Shown here: positions 52,903-64,000 of the stretch, in pieces
Position numbering within the stretch: position 1 is the stretch's first letter
Layout of the letters: each line of letters opens with the position of its first letter
Origin: Iphione sp. A-MEVVRFRX5
Lineage: Eukaryota
NCBI GenBank assembly: GCA_976226885.1
Contig: OZ320318.1
Span: 41,974,001 to 42,038,000, forward strand
Direction of reading: 5' to 3'
Length of the DNA stretch: 64,000 nt
Notes under the pieces: generated by a model
Told to the model about the DNA's origin: nothing
Seen by the model: only the letters and a program-made list of their open reading frames with translations
Databases searched by the model: none
Made by a program: the position numbers and the translations under genes

Positions 52903-55900
52903 GGGAAAGGGTGGGTAATTTGGACCCCCTAAGAAAAACATGCTCTAAAATCAAAATGTCTAAGCCACTCTCCAAAAACTTTGCTTATTTTGAAGCAATA
53001 GGGGCTGCTGCATATTTTAACAAACTGGGGGAATTTTAGTTAGGTTAGTCTTTGAGTAAAATGCAATTGAAATTTTTTTATGACTGGTACAGTTTACCGA
53101 ACAGGGAGGGTAAATTGGACCAGGTGCCATAGTCTGAAAAGTCAGGTGTAAAATGAATCTAGGTCCTAGAATTGTAAGTCCCATGAACAACAGCATGGCT
53201 TTGAAAGGTTTTGGTCACTAATAGTTGTAATGCCAATGGATTTTGTGACTTCTACCATCAAAATATGTACAACAGAATGGACCTTCATTCCTGGGGTATT
53301 AGATTCCTTTCATACCTACTGCTGCAACTTTATTAACTGTGTGTACGTGTATATTTAAAATGTTTCACCAAACATTTTAAAAACTGGAAAAATTCATTTG
53401 ACAAGATAACCTCTTAGGCCTAAAAAGCTCCTTGCACTAGTGACAGGCACTTTGTTGATGACCTTCTTGAAAACCTGGGCAAATTACCACACATCCATAC
53501 CAGTTATCTTGTCATTAAAAGTCCAAAATATGTTAAAAGCAAAAGTAATTAAATAAGAACCAATAAATGTTTCTCTATTTATTTTTTAAAATGATGCCTT
53601 TCATTTCAATAAAAAATACTAACAGTAGAAAAGGGTACATCATGGAGTTCCATAAACTTGCACTACATTTACTATGTTAGTTCAAAATAGATTGTCTTCA
53701 TATGATAGCTACATGTTGAGACCTAATACGGATACCACAAGGCTTCTCTAAAGCCTGCTTAACAGATAAAAGAAAAGGTAATGGTTATGTAGGTAGACTG
53801 GACTGAGTCAGGTAGTTAGACCAGTGGTCCAATATACCCTCCCTATAGTGGTCCAATTTACCCACACACCAATCCCTGGGAAAAATGTTTTCTGCTCATT
53901 TTTAATAAAGTATAAAGTATGTTTATTCGGAATCTCTGGAATACACAGACATGTGTTGACAAAGTTCTTCGTCCGAAAGGTGAGCGGACAGCTCTGGGAA
54001 ATAAAAGAGAAAATAAAAAGAGTCCTTCATGGTTCTTACTGACTGTTATATTGTTAAGAACATAATTAGGTGGCCAAAATAAGGAAAAAAGCTGACACTA
54101 AAAAAAATGTTATACAATAGTACACCAAGCCGTATGTTGAGCAGAAGCAATAATAGGGCTGATATTCATTACTTCTTCAGGCGAGTTGTTATCACTACAC
54201 ACCAACTTACAAGTAAGGCACCAAACATGGTAGACAAATAGTAGTGACGACTGCTGCACAGTACTTTGACCTATAGAGTAGTGATGTTATACGTCTCCCT
54301 ACTAGTAAGTACCATCACAACCGCAACACATCAAGGTACTGTAAGTAAATACAATCGTTGCACAGATAGACAGCCATACTGTAAGTTATCACGCAAATAG
54401 CATCAGAGACTCGTGACGTGAAATGTCACATTAGTTCCGAGTCCATAGCATTGTACACCATGTCAGCACCTTTCCGTCTTCACCCTACCCCTTGATCATA
54501 CCATCCAATTATCCTCTCCACTCACACATCATCCAAGACAGTTTCAAGGATAGACACACACTCTAATACATCTAACATTTGCCTAACACCCACACATACA
54601 CTTAGCAGTCCCACTCACAGTAGAGACACCATAAGGATGTGGCTTAATCCTGACAACATCCAGGGCATATACAACAACCCAGACCTATACGATATCAGGA
54701 CTTCTACTCTTAACCCAATGCTTGGGCAGTTTACCTAATCTTTTTACCACCTCCGGTAGCTTGCCCCATTCCACTACTCCACGGTATCTAAGCGACCTAG
54801 CATACCTGCTGGTCCTTGGTCTGACCAACCATCTCCTCTTCCTCTTACTTGCACGCGTTAAGCCCATACCACCCTCATCCAATAAACCTAGTCCCATGAG
54901 CCAGTGTACCAGGGACAGGCCCTTATATTCAACTAACTCATTCACCCTCAGAACACCAAGCTTACGTTGGAGGGTGTTGGGACTTTGGCGTTGGTTCACC
55001 ATTACTGCAACCCTGAAACAGCGGTTGAGTATCACCTGCAGACGAATGAGGTCTGAGCCCACCACTCCATACAGGACACCAGCCACATAATTTAGGTGTG
55101 ACAACACCAAGGCCCAAAATAACATGAGTCTAGCCTTGATTGGCAACTTGCATTTCACTCTAGAGAGCTGGATAGCTACTCTCCACATTTTAGATGCTAC
55201 TGTCTTTACGGCCCCTTTAAAGGTCAGCTTTGAGTCCACCTTAAAGCCTAAGAGGTCCACTTCCTTGGCTGCCATTATAGACTCACCCCCTATTTTTAAG
55301 TCTAAGTCCAGCCCGGTTGCTCGACCAAGTGGCATGTGCGCACACTTCTTGACACTGAGGATCAGCCCTTGATCCATACACCATTGTGAGACCAATTGTA
55401 GTACCCTCAATGTCAACGCTCTCAGCCGCAGAAGGTCCTTAGCCTTAATAAGGAGGGTGACATCGTCGGCGTACAACACGCTTACCACCCCACTAGGCAG
55501 AATGTCCACAATCGTATTAATCACTAATAGGAACCCCAGGGGCCCAAAAATGGACCCCTGAGGAACTCCAAGGCTGACCTTATGTACCTGGAAACTATTC
55601 CCGCCACATTCGACAAACTGATGTCGACTGGACAAGTAATCACTGATCATGTTGACTGTCAATGTTCCCGCCCCAGCCCTCTTAAGTTCATGGATGACCA
55701 TGTCCCTATTCACCAAGTTGAAAGCCTTAGTAAGGTCTAACATCAACACACAGGCATAAATATCTGCATTAAGACAGTCCCAGGCCTCACATAAGAGGTT
55801 ACCAACAGCAGTGTCAGTTCCATGCCCCTGCCAGAAACCATGTTGGCTATCTGTAAGCCATCTCCTGAATTCTAACTCCCTGACCAGGGAGCCACAGAAC

Positions 55901-57711
55901 AATGATTCACAGATCTTTCCCGGCAGGGGCAGGATACTTACCGGTCTATAGTTGTTGAGTACCTCCTTATCCCCTTTTTTATAGACCGGGCATATTCTCA
56001 CCCTTTTCCAACGAGACGGGTATCTGCCACTGACCAGACACATCCCAAACATCCACACCATGAATTCCAGGTTCAATATCATGACTGACCTAAGGATAGT
56101 CGTGGTATCCCTGTCACCCCCGAGGACTTACGCACATTTACCTTTTGGATCAGCTTCCTAACCTCATCTACCCTGGGTGGGACAAGTTCAAACTTATTCT
56201 CAATTCGAGGTTCATGATCTGGAACTACCACCCTAGAAGACAGCCGCTCTACTTCTTCTATAAAATGATTGTTAAAAGCCATTGCCAAACTGTCTCCCAC
56301 TCTGTTATCTCCTTGAGGTAACTTGTTTTCCCTCTTCACCTTTCCCTGACACTCATTAACTACAGCCCACAGCTTACAACTATCCTTCCCAGCCTTTGCA
56401 ATCCTAGCATGCCAAAAATCTTTTTCTTCCTCGACAATTGCCCTCTTAAGTTTAACATTTAGGTATTTAAATATGTTGTAATCATCCTCATCACCCCCTG
56501 CCTTCCACCTTTTCAGGAAATACATCCTATCTGCTGCCAAGTCCCTTGTCCCTTTACTAAGGTTAAACCCATCCCTCCTTGCCTTGATCTTTCGTGTAAC
56601 TAGAGGGCATTGTTCTTCTAATATTTCCCTGAGCCTATCTTCAAAAAGATTCCATTTACTCTTATGATCACCAGACAAGTCCTCAGTTATGTCCTTTACT
56701 ACCTCATTTAAATCCCAGACATCTGCTCTTGACCATGCTCTCACTTTAATCTCCTTCCTGATTAAACTCGCTACCCCCTTCTTAATTACCACCTTAATTG
56801 GGTAATGATCGCTAAGTCCCCAACATTCTACACTCCCACCCCTGTGACCAGCAAAATTCACCAATAGGTGATCATTGCAATTATCACCGCATACCATAGT
56901 CGGCTCACCAATAAGCTGACAAAACCCTAGACCACTCATCTTTTGAGATAGCACTTTGTGACCCTGACCATCACCACCATAATGATAATTGAAATCCCCC
57001 ATGACTACCACATCATCTTTTGTACCTACCACAGAGCGCATCATATCCTCAATTGCACGTGCACTGTCACTCAACTTATCCGAAGGAGGTCAGTACACAC
57101 TTACCACACTAATCGGGCTACGCTTACCCAGTCGTAACCTCACCCCTAAAAACTCACAATGCCCAGCACTTGCTTTCAAAGCTAGCTCCTCCACCACCGA
57201 AAAGTCTTCTTTCACATAAATAGCTAATCCACCCCCCTTTACCTTCCCAGGACAGGAACGATCTTTCCTAAGTAGTTTATACCCAGCAATAGATATAGCC
57301 CCTGAAGAGTGAGTTTCATTCATCCAAGTCTCATTTATACAACAAATATGAATGTTCTCCTCCTTCATGTGGTTACTCAGCTTTTGTGTAGATGACAGAG
57401 ACTAAACTTGATGTTAGTATTGCTTCTGAGTGAGACAGTATTGATATAAAGTTATGATAGGGGTCTATGTACTTTCTGCTTGTAACTACATTGCCAAATA
57501 TAATTGGTAAAATTAGATCAGTGAGACGTAAAACCAATAATGTGTCTCAGCTTGGCACATATTTTTTTGAAGCCACCATATTTTAGTTCTGAGACATTGT
57601 GTAGTTATATCACTTGTTGTTGGATGGTGCTCATATTCCTTCCTTGCCTGAAAATCAGAGATTTTGATGTGGTCCGATTTACCCACTGGTCCAAATTACC
57701 CACCTTTCCCC
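52903..57711. mobile_element. 1.33-kb TIR DNA transposon, copy 2 (52903-53903 + 57382-57711), split by a LINE
   Basis: TA|GGGAAAGGGTGGGTAATTTGGACC ... GGTCCAAATTACCCACCTTTCCCC|TA. The two halves total 1331 bp, against 1330 bp for copy 1. Confidence 0.9.
53904..57381 (-). mobile_element. CR1/L2-type LINE (APE endonuclease + RT, 5'-truncated), antisense in a gene B intron
   Basis: EN motifs INETW, GGGLAIYV, GDFN and SDH; RT motifs NYRPVSILP, QHGF, DLTKAFN, GVPQGSIFGP and YADD. ORF2 is broken by one stop (57090) and one frameshift (~56080). There is a ~780-bp 3' UTR with AATAAA and a (tacttta) tail; possible TTTT TSD. Confidence 0.95.
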
Positions 57712-58105
57712 TACATACAACTGCCTGTTTCAAGTTATATTAAGAGTGGTTTTAGTGCATTCATCCAATGTGTTCAAGTGTTGACCTTGTATCATACATA
57801 TTTTTTGTTTTGTTTTATTAGTAATAAAAATTTGAAGGTGTGATTCAAATGATATCTATATTGGCATTTATGGCATTTATGATATGAATTCCTCAAGATC
57901 CCTGTCAACCTAGTCTTTCCTCCTACTAAATACTCGACTCATTTCTGATAAATATATATGTTTGGTTGATACATATCTCTGGAAGCAGAAAAGCTGTGAT
58001 TCCCATCCAGACACGCAGCAGGTGGTAGCTAAACTGGACATACGTGGCAGTGCTGGGGAAGAATACACTATACCTTATAGTCCTCTGTTGTTTGCATGTT
58101 AACAG

Positions 58106-58336
58106 AAGAAGGACGGCCAAGATGTATTAGCACCTCGCACTTCACAAGCTCGACACCGCTCAGAGCAGCTTGCTGATTATATCGTCGAATTGACTGAAAC
58201 TGAATGTGAAACTGATCATCCCTTCAACGGTCACATCGAGGCAGAATTCTACTACAATGAGAAGATCATAAAGCATCACATGCTTGAGTTGACAATCCCA
58301 GTCGCCCAGCCCCCATTCCGACTTGCTGCCTCACCA
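58106..58336 (+). CDS. Gene B exon 8: UPA-like region and linker
   Basis: ctctgttgtttgcatgttaacag|AAG...CCA|gtatgt; 231 nt, phase 0-0, open. Confidence 0.7.
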
Positions 58337-58542
58337 GTATGTTAGCTAACATGCAATATATTTATGGTCCATGACAGCTTTTTGATAAATGGAAGAAACA
58401 CATAATACTGAACTGTATAGGCAAAGCTTTGCTAAACCCAAAACGAAATGCTGAAAAGACATTATTTATGGCGGTGGCAATCGTTAGATGGCATGCTCTG
58501 ACGTGGTATTCATTTTGTGTATGACATTTTTTACATTTCCAG

Positions 58543-58691
58543 CCCAAACCAATGCTGTCCGAGCTTCTGTCTCTTGAAAATGATGCTCTCAGCAAGGTCA
58601 TCAAAGAAATCTCCAGGGATATTGGTGAAGATTTCAAAAGACTTGGCATTTATCTGGGAATACCGGATCAGGATATAACAGAGATATCAAG
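58543..58691 (+). CDS. Gene B exon 9: Death domain, first half
   Basis: ISRDIGEDFKRLGIYLGIPDQDITEI (DD helices 1-3); ttacatttccag acceptor and AG|gtagag donor; phase 0-2. Confidence 0.85.
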
Positions 58692-59200
58692 GTAGAGAAC
58701 CCATAGATTTAGAGTTTTGAATCACTGGTACAATCTTAATGAATTTCCCATAATTTAATAAAAATTGTTAAGATAGCCGCTATGTAAGAAAGATTACCCG
58801 AGAAAATGGGTATCGTTTCTCCACTATAAGAGGAGGGGAAATACATATTTGAATTAGAAGTATCCATTGTCTACTCTTTGACATGAAGCAAAGTACATGT
58901 ACTTAGATATGCATCTATTCTATACTGTATTCTATACTGGATACTGTTTTCCCCCTGTATGGTGAAAAATGTAACTGTCAGCCATAGAGTGGAGACATAT
59001 TGCAGATGTCCCATCATGTAATATTGATATGCGGATATATTTTTGAAACATGACATATAACGTTTACATTTATAGGTATAATTATAATTGTACATCATAT
59101 TTCTATTTTGTAGCATAGTTTGATTTGCTTGATTTTGATATAGCGTGAAAATGCATATTACTAATATTGCCTCTGACACTAAGCCGATTTGTTCCTATAG

Positions 59201-59564
59201 GAAGCACTACAGCCACTTCGAAAGATCTTATTCACTTCTACAAGTATGGAGGCAGTCGCTGGGGACTTTAGCCAGCCTGGAGGAACTACTTAAGGCATTG
59301 GAGCGCTGTCAGAGAGTGGACCTTGTAGACAGTGCCAAGTCTGTTGCCAAGCGACACAAAGAGAGTCCCTCACCGTGGTCTTCACCAGTGTTCCAAAGAC
59401 GTCGCCCCTCACAGCCATTATTGCAGTTGTCCAGTCCAGGGAGAAGTCAGGTGTTCCCTGGTTTGGAAATAAATCTGGGACGAAGGGGTTCACTACCCAT
59501 TGTTGGATCTTTAAGTTCCATGAGAAGTGACACTGATTCTGAAACAGAATTTCCTCTTCTCTAG
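59201..59564 (+). CDS. Gene B last exon: Death domain second half plus Ser-rich tail
   Basis: SYSLLQVWRQ...LEELLKALERCQRVDLV (DD L..W / L..AL....R.D); ttcctatag acceptor in phase 2; TAG at 59564. Confidence 0.9.
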
Positions 59565-61439
59565 AGAACCCGCTTATCAAAGCTATACTCACAGAGTGTT
59601 CATGCTCAGTCCTGCTACACTAGGTTCGACTTGATCAATACGTGGGCTGCAATTACATTTCCTCTCCTCTAGTGAAGGCTTTTATGATCTACACACCGAA
59701 TGTACTGCTAAGACTCAGGCACCACACTACTTCACCAACAATACTTGCATCCTAAACAGAGTCACTGTGTGTAAATTAGGACTTACTGAAGGTAACATGG
59801 ATCCGAAATAGAGAGACAGACAAAAGAAAGCATTAGAGAGAGTAATTAGTAGATCACTATAAATTTGAACATTCTGCGTTAATAGCATATGACGAGAAGG
59901 TATGTCGCACCAATGTATCACTCGAGCTCTGGACACCAATGCTATCTAACAATGACACGTTGCAAAGGACACAACAGTACTTTGTTTTAGTAAGAATACT
60001 TTTATAAATTGTATAAAGATTTTTCAATACTGATAAAATACTTCTACAAACCTCCTTTAACTTACTCTGTTTCAGTATCACATGACTAGAAGGTTAAGTG
60101 TTACTCTGTGAAAACCATATGGTTAGAGGGTGAGTGACTGGCTGATAATATCACACTGTGTTAATGATAAAATGACATGGTGAGAAGGTTACTCATGTTC
60201 TTAATACTCTTAATATCACACAGTAAGAGGGTTCATTGTACAGTGAGAGGGGCGGTCATATTGTGAATATTCTTCAAGGGTAATTTGGGGTTTGTATTTG
60301 GGTTTGGTGCCTACATGTATGTACACTGTGCCATAGGTGAATATCACCCCAACAAGCTGAAATGTGATAGCCCCATGTCATCTGACCATGCTACACTAGT
60401 ATATAAGGAGCACTCTTTCATAAAATTAGGAATTGGGCAAGTAGACTCTGATGATGGACACCGACACACTACACAACTTAGAACAATGTCTTGTATACTT
60501 CTAAATTCAACCCGGCTACATATGGATGAAGGTATGTTTTAAAAGCTTCATAAAGTAAGCATTTGTGTAGATTTATGAGATTAATTATCTTCGGATCTAT
60601 AGATTTGAAAGTTTACTTCCAACCTATCTATTATACCGAATCAGTAAAATGTTTTCTTTACAATGCATATTTGATGGGTTTTGATTGCTCTTATGCAGTC
60701 AATCGTAATTTTATGAGAAGTATATGCATCGCCTGACCTGTATTCCAGTCATTTCTTATAAACAAGTGCCTTGGGTGGCGATTTGCAGATAAACACATTG
60801 ATTAGCAGCATGAACTCAATTAAGTTATGAAGGGTATAGTAGTATCAGCGCCCTAGAAAAACAGTCAGGTGGTGTGGTTGCCCGACACTTCAGACCATGA
60901 CACAGGGAGTGACCAGACGGATCCACGTGATCGCCATTTCGTGTACTTTGAACGCTAAAGATTTCAATACACAGCTTCAAACCATTCATCCTAGACACCA
61001 CCCTTTCTTTGTTTCTATTTTCTATCTATAAAGCTTGTTTAAGGCACGATGAAATAATTTTCTCATGTGCATTTTTTCAACCTTGGCATAAGGGACAGCC
61101 TGCTGGAGTGGGACATTTCAGTGCCACACCATCCTGCGTTCTGATAAGCTAGTACTGGACCTCTAACTGGCTAATGACTCCGTTCAATGCTACAGTCCGA
61201 AACATTCCACGAGATAGGATATGATATGCTATAACCAAATTGTACCACAAATAAACTGGGTTTTATGTGGCAGATTCCTAGATAGCCAAACTATCCCCGA
61301 ATTACGCCACTGCACCATTCTTCTTGCATTTATGGAGACCGAAGGTAAAAATGATAAATTTCACTGTTCACTGGAGAAAAGGTAATGATAATGCATTTGT
61401 ACCGAGGAAGGACAGTGAGAGAGGAGGGAAAGGAGGGTG

Positions 61440-61514
61440 GCATGGAAGTAAGGAGGGGGAGAAGGAGCGAGAGAGGGAGAAAAGGAGGCAGGAGCCAGGA
61501 GAGGGGGAGGGAGC

Positions 61515-61570
<56 letters not shown>

Positions 61571-61650
61571 TAGACAGACAGACAAAGAGAGAGAAAAAAG
61601 AGGGAGGTAGGTGTGGAGAAAGGGAGGCAGGGACAGAGGCAGGAAGCGAG
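61440..61650. repeat. GA-rich low-complexity tract with a (GA)n and GACA microsatellite
   Basis: (AG)n at about 61522-61558, followed by GACA repeats. Confidence 0.9.
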
Positions 61651-64000
61651 GGAGTGGGGCAGTCCGATCAACTTTGATGACTGATTTGTAGAATCAGGTT
61701 CTTGCCGTCGTCCCGGTGGAGATATCGTTGACGAAGTACCAATCAGGCACCGAAGGTATCACTGAACCCAGAAGTATGTGTCAAGGGGTGTGTAAACAGT
61801 GTGACAACGGATCTCACATCCCTTGACAACTATCAAAAGTGATCGAGGCCATAGTTCTTTTATATCATTAATCTTGACTTATTTCAAGGACCCATGACCG
61901 GTTTCACATTTTACTGAACCCTGGCTTCTTTTACGGCCGATCATCTCTTTTCATGACATCAAAGCTCTCTTGTATGATAACAGGACACTTTTGGTGCGAC
62001 ATTAAAGAAATTCCCCGTATGATATCGATGTATTCCTTGTGTAACATCAATCCAGTCTGGTGTGACAGGAAAGTATGTCTTTTATTACATCAAAATAATC
62101 CTTTTATAAAACAAACACTTTTTGCAATACATAGGGACATCATAATGCTCCTTGCCTTCAAAGCATTACATGTATGAAGCCAACGTACTCCCTATATTTG
62201 CATTAAACGCACATGTGCTATGTTGATTCATAACACATCAAAACATATATAAAAGGACAACATATGTGACGACCACCAGAGTATAGTTTATAGTATTATC
62301 ATTTTATAAAAAAAACTGTGGTAAATCACACTGCTAACATCTTATAAACTTAGACTGTCGGAATAGTTTATGATATTGGAGATTAGTGTATGAGAACTGC
62401 TATATTATTCTAGACATTAAGTAGCTTTTTTCTTAAACTGTCATGATGCGGGTTACAGTAGACTGTAGTTTGAATACCTTACCTGTATAGATAATTACTG
62501 TAGTTTGGACAAAATGTACACCTTTAAATCGTCCTGGATTCCCCCACTGTATATCTCAATATTGCTGATTGCTAGACCTTTAAGCAAAGGGGATAGTATT
62601 TCGGATATTTAAAAGATGTTTGGAAATTACTATAAAAGTCTTTACATCAATGTTCTTGAGAATGGGAGGAAATGATTGTATGTTGTGAATACAATTATTC
62701 AAAGTAAATATTATCCTTAAAGCAGAGTGATACCATCTGCCCCTCAGGAGTTAAGGGTAATGTTGCAGCTGTAGGATGCAATTATGGATGAAATTCCAAT
62801 TGGTACGATTTATTCTCAGTTGGGTCGACGTGGGTTGCGTGGACGTTTGTGTGCTGTGGTCCTCAACAACCTCTTTACTGCAGTACCGTGTGAGGTCCAC
62901 CACTCCGCCACGACATGCTGCCAGTCAAGGGTTCTACCTCCCAGGTGGTCAATCCCCACCTGATAACGCTACCCCGCGTGCCCGGGAGGCCACAGAGTGT
63001 GTTCTGGCAGAGACTCACACAGGCTTGGAGCAGGATGGTTGGAAATTTACTATATGGAGTTCGTGAAGAATGAAGACGATGCCTTGAAGGTGGGTTCCAT
63101 CACGACATTAATTATCTGCAACTATCCCATACAAACACTTTCATATGTACTGGAAATGTTTCGTAAAGATGCGTTTATTATCTGCGAGTTTGGCACTCCC
63201 ATTAATGATCGTGACCAGAATTTGACTGTGGTTTTAATAAGCATGCTCTGAACCAATTTGGTCTGATTTGGCACACATAGATTAATTGTAAGCAATCATC
63301 TAGGACTAAAACTAGTCTTACTGTTAGGAGCATTTATGCTTTTGGTTAAATTAGTCTCATGGTTCAATAAATAGGAGAGTTAGAGAGTTATTCTCCCTTA
63401 CAAAAAGAAAAAAAACAATTTCCTGTTTAACTCATTAGTCAGGACCATAGATTAAGTACTGGACAAGCCCCGAGCAGAGGGTTGGGATTTCACTTTAACT
63501 TGGAATGTATTTGTTCGACATCCCTGATCTACCTATCTGTTGGCCATGTGACTGGATATGAGAACTTCACCTCAACAGTTACTGAAAAAATAATAGAAAG
63601 ACATTCCACGACCTGGCGAGGTAGCAATTGGATAACCGTATGTCTCTTATATCTCTCATGATGTAGAGTACAACCATTCGTTCAGGCAAAGCCTAAGGCT
63701 AGGCATTTGTCTCATCGGAAAGTTACTATCGTGACCCTATAATATATACATATAATGTACGTATACACAACCTAAGGAATATGGCCCCTGTTATGTGACC
63801 ATATAGAGTTGCACATGACGGCGAAATCGGAAATGCATCTTCCATGAACAAGGTTGTATCATCTCATAATTCCATTACTCTATACAGAGCAGCAAATCTA
63901 TATTGGCATGTGCAAGGGCCTTCATATTCTTCTCCTGTTCTATACAATGTATAGGACAAGGACAGGCTTTGGTTCCTTGACACCCTGGGCATTTCAGTGC

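Noticed and set aside
61324-61677. Glu/Arg-rich and Ser/Leu-rich ORFs (also 22378-22794, 24417-24817, 34490-34957, 45000-45461)
   Set aside because: They are translations of GA/CT or CA/TA low-complexity sequence.
62900-63030. Nudix-like LPGG...RE...E..GL motif
   Set aside because: The spacing does not fit GX5EX7REUXEEXGU and the catalytic glutamates are missing.

Overview
This is AT-rich animal genomic DNA with spliceosomal introns. It is probably from a marine invertebrate such as an echinoderm or other deuterostome; that is an inference from the SINE and LINE types and the gene families. There are no prokaryotic features such as operons or CRISPR arrays. I assembled two multi-exon genes by hand, and both keep reading phase. 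(A) A minus-strand gene at 25882->5574 encodes a type I membrane protein of about 640 aa: signal peptide, S/T-rich mucin-like exon, a run of symmetric phase-0 micro-exons (9-54 nt), one TM helix, and a ~500-aa non-catalytic tail with many Tyr-based SH2 docking motifs. It resembles a transmembrane adaptor. (B) A plus-strand gene at 45131->59564 encodes a cytoplasmic ZU5-UPA-like-Death domain protein of about 586 aa. The rest is mostly TE debris: several CR1/L2-type LINEs, one RTE LINE, a 1.33-kb TA-targeting TIR element in two copies with reciprocal nesting, a piggyBac remnant, Harbinger-, CACTA-like and piggyBac-like MITEs, tRNA-derived SINEs (one with a Deu/Nin-like core), and several tandem or segmental repeats. 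All gene models come from reading splice signals by eye; no database or expression data were available.
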